Of a stretch of 64,000 nucleotides of DNA, positions 1 through 8,444 are shown in pieces. The stretch's first letter is position 1. Every line of letters starts with the position of its first letter. The translations under genes were made by a program, and so were the position numbers. Under the pieces are notes generated by a model. That model worked only from the letters and a program-made list of their open reading frames with translations. It had not been told where the DNA came from and did not search any database. Origin of the DNA: a virus; the IMG/VR virus record IMGVR_UViG_3300032236_001129, positions 36,207-100,206 of that record; one strand, written 5' to 3'.

Positions 1-100
1 GATAAAACTCAGAAAGAATTCTAAATAGCTTGATTCCTTCCGGGATAGGATCTCCTACCTCGGTCATTAAGACGCCTTCTATGGCGATAATTGCTGACAT
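1..100 (-). CDS. HAD-like hypothetical protein, N-terminal part (runs off the window)
   Basis: Read by hand: ATG at 100, MSAIIAIEGVLMTEVGDPIPEGIKLFRILSEFY; resembles a degenerate HAD motif I; start overlaps the upstream stop (TAATG). Confidence 0.55.
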   Translation of the reverse strand, partial: MSAIIAIEGVLMTEVGDPIPEGIKLFRILSEFY

Positions 101-201
101 TATTCCTCTTCATCGTTGTCCAAATGTTTCTGCTCACAAAGTCTTGCGAGAGAAGCTACCACGTACATCTTGTTACATAACTGGCACTGGTACCTGTCCA
201 T
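100..201 (-). CDS. Small zinc-finger-like protein (33 aa)
   Basis: Read by hand: MDRYQCQLCNKMYVVASLARLCEQKHLDNDEEE, CxxC...CxxxH; fills the gap with a stop/start overlap. Confidence 0.6.
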   Translation of the reverse strand: MDRYQCQLCNKMYVVASLARLCEQKHLDNDEEE

Positions 202-215
202 ATGCCTATTGTACC

Positions 216-518
216 TTACTTCTTGCCTTTATTCCTTTTTGAGATTGCCGCAGCTTTCTTTTTAGCGTCAGCTTTTGAGCTAGCGCCCCAAGCCTGTAAC
301 GATAGAAGCAGACGTGTTGGTTCGCCATTTGGCTTGTGCTCTGGGCCAGAAGCATTTCCCATACGTGCCAAAAATGAGGCACGGCGTGGGTTATCTCCAG
401 ATTTAACTGGTGCCTTTAGATTGTGACCTTCTGCCTTAGCAGATGCACGACCCTTAGCGTTAAGTCCACCTTTAGGGTTCTTACCTTCTTTGCGTTGCCA
501 AGCTGGTGTTGAAGCCAT
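216..518 (-). CDS. Small basic phage protein (DUF6321-like)
   Basis: KEGKNPKGGLNAKGRAS...RRASFLARMG pattern typical of this phage family; very Lys/Arg-rich. Confidence 0.7.
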   Translation of the reverse strand: MASTPAWQRKEGKNPKGGLNAKGRASAKAEGHNLKAPVKSGDNPRRASFLARMGNASGPEHKPNGEPTRLLLSLQAWGASSKADAKKKAAAISKRNKGKK

Positions 519-685
519 TACTTTTTCTTCTTTCGTGCGGCTGCAATATTATCTACAGCATTTGGATATGGGCGACCTGCAGCTTTAGCTCTAGCCTTAG
601 CAGAGGCTTTTTGACTCTTACTTAATTTTGAATGCTTACCGCCGTCAGGATCTTTTTTATCCCAAACTGGTTTTTCTTTAGCCAC
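518..685 (-). CDS. Small basic protein (55 aa)
   Basis: Read by hand: GTG start after AAGGAG, MAKEKPVWDKKDPDGGKHSKLSKSQKASAKARAKAAGRPYPNAVDNIAAARKKKK; TAATG coupling to the next gene. Confidence 0.75.
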   Translation of the reverse strand: MAKEKPVWDKKDPDGGKHSKLSKSQKASAKARAKAAGRPYPNAVDNIAAARKKKK

Positions 686-1592
686 GAAGTGATCTCCTTA
701 TCAGAGTAGATGTTGAAGGCAGTTCAATTCCATAAAGCTCTTGTTGGGTCTTCTTCTCTTTAGATTCTCTTTGATCTTTGATAGCTCTCAATGCTTGGAT
801 AGCACCAGATTGCTTGCCGGCTTGCCAACGATAGTTGTGGAAGTCAGAGTATCCGGATCCAACCTGGCTAAATGCAATCTTACGACCATGGTGAACATCG
901 TCATAGAATGCAATAGCTTGATCCTGAGCTAGCTTCAGCTTTGTTTCTGCGTTGATACGATAAGCATCGTTAGGTGCGTTTCTAAGATCATTGATAGCTC
1001 TGTTGTGACGTTCCAAGATTTCTACAGCCATGTCATGATCACGCTGTGCTTTTTGTTCCCAGTCACGGCTGTAAGGTGGTTGAGGATTATGTTCTGGTCG
1101 AACAGTCCAGCCATCTGCAATTAGATCATAAGCTGCGTACGGATTGATCTCACGAATATCTGTAGCAGGATTTACATAGTATGTAAGTTCGTAGCCTTCC
1201 CAGTTACGGGTGTTAGGCATAATCTCAGAGTTAAAACTCTCATTGAACATAGCTGCAATCTCATTGTTAGAGAAGCCGGTATATTCTGGGTTAGCTTGGC
1301 GGAATTTGGTGTACTCAATACCAACTAGGCAATCTAGATCGCCAGGTTGACGGGCTGCCTGCCATTGGTATGAGACACCAGATCCCGCAAGCCAAGCCTT
1401 AGTCCATTTGTATGGATCATTGAAGTTACGACTTAGATAGTCAAATAGAATCTCTAAGATTCCATCTCGCATAGATATGCGAAGTGAATCACCTTGGAAT
1501 AAACGTGGGTCTAACTCAGCTGCGGGTGCGCTGAAATAAGAAGTAGCCCCGGGTGTGATACCCGGAGCTTCCATATAGTCGTAAATTCCCAT
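678..1592 (-). CDS. Putative nucleotidyltransferase (Pol beta superfamily)
   Basis: hAGS-x13-DLD signature (LAGSGVSYQW...GDLDCLV) plus a third acidic residue in YELTYYV. Confidence 0.7.
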   Translation of the reverse strand: MGIYDYMEAPGITPGATSYFSAPAAELDPRLFQGDSLRISMRDGILEILFDYLSRNFNDPYKWTKAWLAGSGVSYQWQAARQPGDLDCLVGIEYTKFRQANPEYTGFSNNEIAAMFNESFNSEIMPNTRNWEGYELTYYVNPATDIREINPYAAYDLIADGWTVRPEHNPQPPYSRDWEQKAQRDHDMAVEILERHNRAINDLRNAPNDAYRINAETKLKLAQDQAIAFYDDVHHGRKIAFSQVGSGYSDFHNYRWQAGKQSGAIQALRAIKDQRESKEKKTQQELYGIELPSTSTLIRRSLRG

Positions 1593-1598
1593 ATGCGT

Positions 1599-1604
1599 AT
1601 TCTT
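1599..1604 (-). promoter_or_regulatory. Possible -10 element of a leaderless transcript for the nucleotidyltransferase
   Basis: AAGAAT 6 nt before the ATG; no SD present. Confidence 0.35.
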
Positions 1605-1644
1605 CCATCCTGTACGTCGTTACGTCTCGGCTTGAAGACTACAA

Positions 1645-1929
1645 TTATTTAGCTTCTTTAGCTGCCTTTGCCTCTTCTGCAATAGCTGCAATGCGAATAG
1701 CTGAATATTCAGCTGCTGCTTGAGCCTGAAGATCCATAAGTATTTCAGAGGTGTAGCGGCGAACTTCGATAAGAGTTGCTTCACGCTCTACAGGTACTGT
1801 AAAGATTGAAGGGTTCTTCTCAATGAATACATTTCCGCCCTCATCAATGAGTACTGCAAATCCTGCAGTAAGTTTAGGAGCGTTTGTAGCAGGAGTTTCT
1901 GCTGCTGGTGTTGTTACTTCTTCTGACAT
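1645..1929 (-). CDS. Hypothetical protein
   Basis: 94 aa ORF in operon context. Confidence 0.75.
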   Translation of the reverse strand: MSEEVTTPAAETPATNAPKLTAGFAVLIDEGGNVFIEKNPSIFTVPVEREATLIEVRRYTSEILMDLQAQAAAEYSAIRIAAIAEEAKAAKEAK

Positions 1930-1937
1930 GTCATTTC

Positions 1938-2516
1938 CTATTCGTATAGTCCGAGTTTTTTACGGTTCTGTTCTACTACGTACGTTTTAGCTGGGCAGAA
2001 ATCGCAAAGGTAAACCTTTGTGCTAGCCGACTTCGCTGCGCTATCTAGACCGAGATCCTTACGGATATCGTCAGTTCCTTTAGGGATTAGTCGCTTCTTT
2101 TCTGACTTCCAATCCATACAGCCTTCTGTAGGACGCAGATGAAGGTTAAAGCACTTCATAGCGTCATCACCAAAGGTTGCTTTAGTTGTGTAATAGTCTG
2201 GGTCAATGTCTGCTAGACCGCCACCGACTCTATTTCTGAGATTCTCAATGATCTGCTTCTTTACCTCAGGACGTGAATAAAGCTTAACTCCCACTTTAGA
2301 TAGGAAGCCTGAGTGTGGAATGCCGGCAGATTGGTGATTATCAATTAGAACCTGCAGCAATACGTCATCATCTGGATGACCTTCGTAATCTGGCAGCTCT
2401 TCAATTGTCTTGCAGTTATAGCAATAGAGTAGACGGATCTTAGGACCGTCGTCTTTAATCTCTGTATATGTGCCCTCGTCGGCATTGCCGCCTTGGCCTA
2501 AAATTGGAATGCTCAT
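1938..2516 (-). CDS. Hypothetical Cys/His (zinc-binding) protein
   Basis: CYNC, C..H....C and CDFC motifs. Confidence 0.75.
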   Translation of the reverse strand: MSIPILGQGGNADEGTYTEIKDDGPKIRLLYCYNCKTIEELPDYEGHPDDDVLLQVLIDNHQSAGIPHSGFLSKVGVKLYSRPEVKKQIIENLRNRVGGGLADIDPDYYTTKATFGDDAMKCFNLHLRPTEGCMDWKSEKKRLIPKGTDDIRKDLGLDSAAKSASTKVYLCDFCPAKTYVVEQNRKKLGLYE

Positions 2517-2561
2517 TGTTTACCCCACTTATCCCTCTATACAATATCGTACCACAGATTG

Positions 2562-3887
2562 CTAGAGTCCCCGACCACCATTAAACTCATTGTTACGGGA
2601 TAGGTAGCTCTGCCAATCTTCATCTTCGTTCTCTACGTTACGCTCGTGAGTTTCCATGCCTGCTCCGCTAACTTCTTCCATATATCGGGAGAAAGCGCCG
2701 GCACGGCGGGAGATTGGTAGGGGTTGTTGCTTTTTACGAACCTCTTCGTTGCTTACCTTAGGGGTAGCCTTTGTTTGAAGCGATGAAAGAACATAGTTTG
2801 GAGTTACTACGCCTTCTCCATGCTGCTCAATAATAGAATGTAAAGATTCACGGTCTAGCTTTTTACCGGATTTATGATGAGCAAGAACAGCCTTCATGAC
2901 ATTGTCAATAGGCGCATTACCTTTTCCAATAGGCGTATCTGTTCGCTCAGAATGTGGCTTAACATAGTTGCCTCGAGCAATACCTTTTCTACGTCCTTCA
3001 GCAGACTCACCAAGAGTGAGCATACTTCTTACAGGAACGCCGGATTTACCGACAAAGTAGTTTTCTTTATCAGCTTTGCGCTTCTCTTCTTGTTCTTCAC
3101 CAATTTTTGCTAGCTGCTCAGGAGTTTTACCGCTGCTAAGCGTCTGCTTATCCTCTTTAGATAATTCTTCCCAGTTACGTCCAGCCATGCCTTTACGAGC
3201 ACGCTCTAGAGCCGTATTAAGAGCTGTTTCTTTATACTCAGGTGTACGAGTCTGTGCAGGCAATGGTTTTGTTGTTCCAGGTGTGCGACCAGCACCTGCA
3301 TATGGAGTCATTTGTCCAAACCAGGAGCGCTCATCTTCTGGGCTAACGCCATGATGAAAGATCATACCGGCAGACATGACTGCTTTAACATCATTGCTCA
3401 TGCCAGCTTGCTCATGAACAATACGATTTTCAACGTCAGGTGTAATAGGTTCTGGAGACTTTACGTAGATATCTGGGTTATCTTTACGCCAGTTAGCCAA
3501 GTGCTCTTGTTCTTCAGATAAATGTTTAGGGCATAGGGGAAAACCTACTCCACCAATTGTGCTTGAAGAAGGGGTGTGAAAAATATGGGTAGCTTGAGGA
3601 TGACTTTGATCGTGATCTTCACTCTTAAAGTGACAAGCAACACCTTGGCCAACTCTACGACGAGAAGTAACCGCAGTTCTTTTTACAGTTCCTGGTGTAC
3701 CTGAAGCAGGGTTTGGTTGGAATACTTCCATGCTCTTTTGCTTAGGGCGATGCTTAGGTTCTTTAGGGCCTTCAGTAATTTGAAGACTATTACCTTCGTC
3801 ATTGCTCTCATCTTCAGGGTCGTAAACAGAACGAATGTTCTTACCTGCATACGTTCTAGCAAACCCTAAGATATCTTCAACGGACAT
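2562..3887 (-). CDS. Hypothetical, largely low-complexity protein
   Basis: 441 aa ORF, charged/polar, C..H and LCPKH motifs. Confidence 0.7.
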   Translation of the reverse strand: MSVEDILGFARTYAGKNIRSVYDPEDESNDEGNSLQITEGPKEPKHRPKQKSMEVFQPNPASGTPGTVKRTAVTSRRRVGQGVACHFKSEDHDQSHPQATHIFHTPSSSTIGGVGFPLCPKHLSEEQEHLANWRKDNPDIYVKSPEPITPDVENRIVHEQAGMSNDVKAVMSAGMIFHHGVSPEDERSWFGQMTPYAGAGRTPGTTKPLPAQTRTPEYKETALNTALERARKGMAGRNWEELSKEDKQTLSSGKTPEQLAKIGEEQEEKRKADKENYFVGKSGVPVRSMLTLGESAEGRRKGIARGNYVKPHSERTDTPIGKGNAPIDNVMKAVLAHHKSGKKLDRESLHSIIEQHGEGVVTPNYVLSSLQTKATPKVSNEEVRKKQQPLPISRRAGAFSRYMEEVSGAGMETHERNVENEDEDWQSYLSRNNEFNGGRGL

Positions 3888-3889
3888 TG

Positions 3890-4147
3890 TTATTTCCAGT
3901 CGTTGGCGTTGTACTCATGACTTACATCATTGCGTAAATTTTTGATTGCTTCTGGGCGTACATTTCCCTTAGCATCACGAGCACCCATTGGTAGGTTAAT
4001 CTTATCATCATCTGGAGAACCTTCTTTTCCACCGGTAGCTACCCAGTGAGCGTGAAGGCGTGCAATTTCTTCATCGGGATTCCAAGGCTTACGTGGTGTA
4101 GGGCGAACCTGCTTGCGTAACTTAGAACGATCTGGTACGTTGCTCAT
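3890..4147 (-). CDS. Hypothetical protein
   Basis: 85 aa ORF, tightly packed. Confidence 0.7.
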   Translation of the reverse strand: MSNVPDRSKLRKQVRPTPRKPWNPDEEIARLHAHWVATGGKEGSPDDDKINLPMGARDAKGNVRPEAIKNLRNDVSHEYNANDWK

Positions 4148-4446
4148 TAGTATCCTTCCGGCCTTCTTGATTCTCTTGCTCGTTTAATAGCCCTACCTTC
4201 ACTAATAGAGTGAAGTTTTCCTTCTTGTTGGCCATTTTTAAAATAGTTAGTTCTTCCTAACTCCATATTCAAAGAGTCTTTGACGTCCCCAGAGTTTTCT
4301 ATAGCACTATTAATATGAGTATCTAAAGCGCCTACTTTTACTTTAGGAAAATCAATTACTTTGGCATCTGGAAGACTTTGAAAGTATTTTTTAAGGCCAT
4401 GACGCCTACGAGTTTCTCTGACTATAGTTTTAATATCTTTAGCCAT
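4147..4446 (-). CDS. Hypothetical basic protein
   Basis: 99 aa ORF, stop/start overlap. Confidence 0.7.
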   Translation of the reverse strand: MAKDIKTIVRETRRRHGLKKYFQSLPDAKVIDFPKVKVGALDTHINSAIENSGDVKDSLNMELGRTNYFKNGQQEGKLHSISEGRAIKRARESRRPEGY

Positions 4447-4447
4447 A

Positions 4448-4741
4448 TTAGTTACTCTTAGGTTTTTTTGAGATTACTGATGCAATGTTAGCTTCGGTAA
4501 TGCCATGCATTAAATGTCCTGAACGAGTAGATGGGGCGTCTACTTGACTTGGAGCCATACCAAGGGCAGTAAAAAACTTACCCTCTCCTGAACCAAATTT
4601 AGCTCTAGGCTTCTTAGGTTCTGTATTTTCAGGAATACCTAAAACATTTAAAACTTTATTTCCTACTTTTTTAAGGTCGGCAGCAGCGGGAGAGCTCTTG
4701 AGCTTCTCAATACGTCCCTTACGCTGCGATGCCTTGGCCAT
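4448..4741 (-). CDS. Hypothetical basic protein
   Basis: 97 aa Lys-rich ORF. Confidence 0.7.
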   Translation of the reverse strand: MAKASQRKGRIEKLKSSPAAADLKKVGNKVLNVLGIPENTEPKKPRAKFGSGEGKFFTALGMAPSQVDAPSTRSGHLMHGITEANIASVISKKPKSN

Positions 4742-4744
4742 TTT

Positions 4745-5023
4745 TTAGTAAGTACCCAACATCTGATCGTTAGAGATGTGCGCTACAGGCATTGGAGCAC
4801 GAGGAGCTGAGTTTGCATCGTCAGATCCTGGAACAACCTTGTTAGGTGTCTCTTGATCAATAAAGTCATAGTTCCAGTATGGATGTAGTCCACGGCGGTT
4901 AGCCAAGACGATATCTTCACCGGTTCCTGGTGCAGTTGTTGTATTAGGACGTACCTTGCGGTACTTTCCATCTGTTGCGCCTTCTTTGATGCTCTCGTTG
5001 AGAGATTTATTTTCGATACGCAT
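4745..5023 (-). CDS. Hypothetical protein
   Basis: 92 aa ORF (EGATDGKYRKVRP...YDF). Confidence 0.7.
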   Translation of the reverse strand: MRIENKSLNESIKEGATDGKYRKVRPNTTTAPGTGEDIVLANRRGLHPYWNYDFIDQETPNKVVPGSDDANSAPRAPMPVAHISNDQMLGTY

Positions 5024-5025
5024 TG

Positions 5026-5481
5026 TTACTTCTTTCTTGTTACTGTGTATGGTGATTGATAGTTCGCAGGCTTTTGCTTACTAATATCGTGATCAATTGT
5101 AGAACGTCCTGGTAAACCTGGCTTTGGCCCTACTGGCTTTGGCTTAGGTGAGATTCCACCGTGAGGGGGCTCACTATTTGGCCCCTTTGGATATTCATTT
5201 GGCTTTGTCTTTGGACTACGCTCCTCAGGTTGTGGCTTAGTAGTCTTAGGCTTAATCTCTGGGTTATGAGGATTGTGCGGAGGATTGTGATTTGGCTTAT
5301 CCTTAGGGCCTTTACGATCAACATGATTATGTGGGCTACCTGAATCAGGATTCTTAGGCTCAACCTTATCTTTAGTACGTTCAATAATTGTTACGTGGGA
5401 TTGTTCTGGTGACCACTTATCGCCACGAAATGCTTCGCCAACACGCTTAGTGTTATGCTCTCTACGCTTTTTACTAAACAT
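5026..5481 (-). CDS. Pro/Lys/His-rich disordered protein
   Basis: 151 aa, PHNPHNP and KPK repeats. Confidence 0.65.
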   Translation of the reverse strand: MFSKKRREHNTKRVGEAFRGDKWSPEQSHVTIIERTKDKVEPKNPDSGSPHNHVDRKGPKDKPNHNPPHNPHNPEIKPKTTKPQPEERSPKTKPNEYPKGPNSEPPHGGISPKPKPVGPKPGLPGRSTIDHDISKQKPANYQSPYTVTRKK

Positions 5482-5642
5482 TATTTCTTCGCTTTCTTTG
5501 CTGATTTCTTTTCTGCTGGCTTAGCCGATGCCTTAGCTTTAGCCTCAATTTGAGCCTTACGTTCAGGAGTCATGACCTTAAGTTTTTCAACCTTATAGTC
5601 CATGTCCTTGCCATGAGGATCTTTGATACGCTTCTTTGCCAT
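5481..5642 (-). CDS. Small Lys/Ala-rich protein (53 aa)
   Basis: Read by hand: MAKKRIKDPHGKDMDYKVEKLKVMTPERKAQIEAKAKASAKPAEKKSAKKAKK; TAATG coupling. Confidence 0.7.
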   Translation of the reverse strand: MAKKRIKDPHGKDMDYKVEKLKVMTPERKAQIEAKAKASAKPAEKKSAKKAKK

Positions 5643-5657
5643 GGTGTCATTATTCCT

Positions 5658-5861
5658 TTATTTTGGTTTTGTGTCAGGACTATGATGCTTCTTAACCCGT
5701 GGACGGGTAACTTTTTTACCCCTGGCGTGGCTAGTCTTCTGACGTCGTTTAGTAGATGCCGATTTGCTTCCTGGATTTAAGCTGGAGGCCTGTCCCGAGA
5801 CCCAAGGGCCTGCGGCTTTCTTATCCCAGCTATCAACTGAGGTAAATTGCTTACTCTTCAC
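5658..5861 (-). CDS. Small basic protein
   Basis: 67 aa Lys/Arg-rich ORF. Confidence 0.6.
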   Translation of the reverse strand: MKSKQFTSVDSWDKKAAGPWVSGQASSLNPGSKSASTKRRQKTSHARGKKVTRPRVKKHHSPDTKPK

Positions 5862-6099
5862 GGGAGGCCATCAAACTCTTAGAATGCCTCTCATACTTTG
5901 CATTTCTGCAATAAGGGCATAGTCCGTCATCGCTGTAGATTGCTTCCAGGGGAGTCATTGGATACCCACACTTCTTACATGGAAGAGTTCCATCATAGAT
6001 AGTTAGTGTTGAGACGTCCTCACCCATTTGTCTGGTTTCCGCACTCACACTTGCCAGAAACAACACCTGGAAGAGTCCAGCAGTTACGGCATACGCCAT
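5851..6099 (-). CDS. Small zinc-ribbon protein (true start probably the internal MGEDV)
   Basis: CKKC...CPYC. Confidence 0.65.
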   Translation of the reverse strand: MAYAVTAGLFQVLFLASVSAETRQMGEDVSTLTIYDGTLPCKKCGYPMTPLEAIYSDDGLCPYCRNAKYERHSKSLMASREE

Positions 6100-6343
6100 T
6101 AGCTACTAGACTTTCTCCCTTAATGCGTGTAGTTCCACCTGGAGTCTTAACATAGTCAAGCTGCTTACCGGTTGCCCAACGACCGACAGTTCTTGGATCT
6201 ACGCTGAAGATATCTGCAACCTGTGAGGGCGTGAATAACTTATCTTTGTTAGGGGTAACAGGAAGGCTAGACTTATTAGATCCGCTGCCCTTTTTACCTG
6301 GGGCTGGAGTCACTGGAGCTGCAGCTTTTTTTCTAGGTGCCAT
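6020..6343 (-). CDS. BldC-like MerR-family HTH protein with a C-terminal Cys cluster
   Basis: LFTPSQVADIFSVDPRTVGRWA...KTPGG matches the BldC pattern LLTPAEVATMFRVDPKTVTRWA...RTLGG; CRNC...CEC tail. Confidence 0.75.
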   Translation of the reverse strand: MAPRKKAAAPVTPAPGKKGSGSNKSSLPVTPNKDKLFTPSQVADIFSVDPRTVGRWATGKQLDYVKTPGGTTRIKGESLVANGVCRNCWTLPGVVSGKCECGNQTNG

Positions 6344-6712
6344 TTACCACACACTTTCTGAGACGTTTCGAGCTGTACCGGAGTATGAACCGTTTTCACG
6401 TGTAAAGTCTACACGAGTTGGGTAGAACTCCTCGTTTACATCCATCACGTCCATGATACCTAGCGCACGGGTGCGGTATCCAAAACGTGGTGGAAACAAT
6501 TGTACCTGAGGAAGAGGGGGACGTACTAAATCTTGTAGTAGAGCTGCCGGCATTGTGGCGGATTTAAGGGCACGAGCCATAAACGCTTCTTGAGCATTTG
6601 CAAATGGGCCCATGTAGTCATAGCGAAGAAGACTTGGTTCTGGATCTTCATTGACAATTGGACGACCTTTACTATGGTCATAGACTCCGTCTTGATTTTC
6701 CATTAGCGCCAC
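6344..6712 (-). CDS. Hypothetical protein
   Basis: 122 aa ORF. Confidence 0.7.
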   Translation of the reverse strand: MALMENQDGVYDHSKGRPIVNEDPEPSLLRYDYMGPFANAQEAFMARALKSATMPAALLQDLVRPPLPQVQLFPPRFGYRTRALGIMDVMDVNEEFYPTRVDFTRENGSYSGTARNVSESVW

Positions 6713-6936
6713 TTTTTCTTGTCAAATTTGTTTTCTAGTCTTCCTAATTTAAAGCTAGCTATGCGGCCGATCTTATTGCGCATCTCATCGACGACAGCAT
6801 CATTGCAATGGTCGCAAGTAGCTCCGTGACCTAGATTATTATGGCGAATACCGGTTCTATTTTTTTCAGAAATATGCTGTGCTTCGTAGGTACCGTCGTC
6901 GTTGCTATAGTCATAGAATGCAGGCATTATTGCCAC
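6703..6936 (-). CDS. Hypothetical protein with H..H..CxxC
   Basis: 77 aa ORF. Confidence 0.6.
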   Translation of the reverse strand: MAIMPAFYDYSNDDGTYEAQHISEKNRTGIRHNNLGHGATCDHCNDAVVDEMRNKIGRIASFKLGRLENKFDKKKWR

Positions 6937-7472
6937 CTTGGTTTCATGTGTTGGAAGTTTTGTCCAGTACGTGGATTAAACTCGGCTGGGACATTTGAAG
7001 AAATATTTGCTTTACCGTCATTCACTAAATGAGGTGCTGGAGCTAGGGCTGTTTTAGGAGCATTACGTGTTCCCAAAAAGACCACTGCCCCTTCGACGTT
7101 AGTCAAGTGGTAGTTTTTTTCTTTGAGCCTTCTGTCAGGCTTAAGATTTTCTGGCCAGAGGTATTGAGCTGGATCAATACGTTCGCCACGGTGAACACCA
7201 CGCTGATAGGCACGTTGGTTCTGACGATTCTTAAGTGAATCTAATACTGTGTCGCCTACTGAGAATGGCTTGCCCTTATCATCACGACGAGTACGGATTG
7301 TTCCTAGGTAACCGTCTGGATACTCTGCTTGAGGCGCACGTCCCACACCAATACGAAGGAAGTCCATAGCACTACGAGGTACTACAGGCGTGCCTCCACC
7401 ACCGGTGGTTGTATAAGCACCGATGTAACCGCTGGCTCCAAGATACTGCCAGTTATTGTGTGAGTTAGGCAT
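6927..7472 (-). CDS. Hypothetical protein
   Basis: 181 aa ORF (PQAEYPDGYLGTIRTRRDDK...YQRGVHRGERID). Confidence 0.75.
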   Translation of the reverse strand: MPNSHNNWQYLGASGYIGAYTTTGGGGTPVVPRSAMDFLRIGVGRAPQAEYPDGYLGTIRTRRDDKGKPFSVGDTVLDSLKNRQNQRAYQRGVHRGERIDPAQYLWPENLKPDRRLKEKNYHLTNVEGAVVFLGTRNAPKTALAPAPHLVNDGKANISSNVPAEFNPRTGQNFQHMKPRWQ

Positions 7473-7478
7473 GCTGTC

Positions 7479-7484
7479 AGTATA
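7479..7484 (-). promoter_or_regulatory. -10 element (TATACT) of a probable leaderless transcript
   Basis: 6 nt before the ATG at 7472, no SD, immediately after a terminator. Confidence 0.5.
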
Positions 7485-7487
7485 TAC

Positions 7488-7520
7488 GAAAAAGGGGACA
7501 GATGGTTAGTCTGTCCCCAA
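7488..7520 (-). terminator. Intrinsic terminator
   Basis: GGGGACAGA-loop-TCTGTCCCC followed by a T run on the minus strand. Confidence 0.75.
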
Positions 7521-7532
7521 ATTCTTTAATCT

Positions 7533-7727
7533 TTACTTAGATGCACCGATACCGAATGCTGCGTCCTTTGGATTGAGCGCACGGAATAGCGGACCTGCGA
7601 CTGCACCAATAGCTGCCATACCGATTGACTTGGCGTCAGAGTGGCCAGCTAAGTACATACCTAGGCCTGCCGATACCGCTGTGCGGGCATATGACGCTAC
7701 GATTGCTTGAAGTGCTTTTGAGTTCAT
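7533..7727 (-). CDS. Small two-TM membrane protein, holin-like
   Basis: ATG at 7727 after AAGGAG; MNSKALQAIVASYARTAVSAGLGMYLAG...LNPKDAAFG; two hydrophobic segments. Confidence 0.6.
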   Translation of the reverse strand: MNSKALQAIVASYARTAVSAGLGMYLAGHSDAKSIGMAAIGAVAGPLFRALNPKDAAFGIGASK

Positions 7728-7797
7728 GTTTCTCCTTGTTAGGTAAATCCCCTTTAGGGGGCCTAATAAATATTCTACCAAATATTTGGAAGAAGCG

Positions 7798-8094
7798 CTA
7801 CTTCTCTAGACGCTTAAGGATTTCCCGTGCTACTACTAGGGTTTCCATGTCTACATCGAAGTCTTCTTTAGCTTTTTTACGATCAAGTTCTCCTTGACGG
7901 TTTGTAGCGTTTAGGATCAAGCCAGAGAGCAGGATAGACTCAAGAGAAACTATTAATGTTAAGAATAGGAATGGGTAAGGCTCCATAAAAAACCAGATGG
8001 TCCACATTACGAGATGAAACCCGATAAAAGCTGGCTTACCAAAGTTCTCAGCTGCCCAATCAGATAGCTTATGAACTAGGTTGTGCAACTTCAT
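7798..8094 (-). CDS. DUF1003-like membrane protein
   Basis: FG...W...PYPFLFLTLIVSLESILLSGLIL..NRQ..DR pattern. Confidence 0.7.
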   Translation of the reverse strand: MKLHNLVHKLSDWAAENFGKPAFIGFHLVMWTIWFFMEPYPFLFLTLIVSLESILLSGLILNATNRQGELDRKKAKEDFDVDMETLVVAREILKRLEK

Positions 8095-8348
8095 TCACTA
8101 ACCTCATCTACATGCTGTTCGAAGCGTCCTTCTAGCTTATCAACCTGTGATTTGATAGCTACTTGGTCTTGACGCAATTCTTTAAGCAGCGGGATAACTT
8201 CTAGGGTTACCTTGTCATGCAATGAGCTTCCATGATTAGGACGAAGCTCAGCAAGATACTTCTTGATTACCCAGTGACCGACTGCACCAACAAAAGCTAG
8301 AAGTGCAATTACACCGGAAATAATATTCCATCGATCAGCGGTTGTCAT
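8091..8348 (-). CDS. Single-TM coiled-coil protein (lysis-associated type)
   Basis: N-terminal TM, ELRPNHGSSL.DK motif, C-terminal coiled coil. Confidence 0.65.
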   Translation of the reverse strand: MTTADRWNIISGVIALLAFVGAVGHWVIKKYLAELRPNHGSSLHDKVTLEVIPLLKELRQDQVAIKSQVDKLEGRFEQHVDEVSE

Positions 8349-8444
8349 TCAATCTCCTGGGCGTGTAGTGACAATAGCAGTACTATGCCGACAAAAATGC
8401 GATACGTCATGTTAAACTATGATTAATCATAAGAGGAGATTAAA

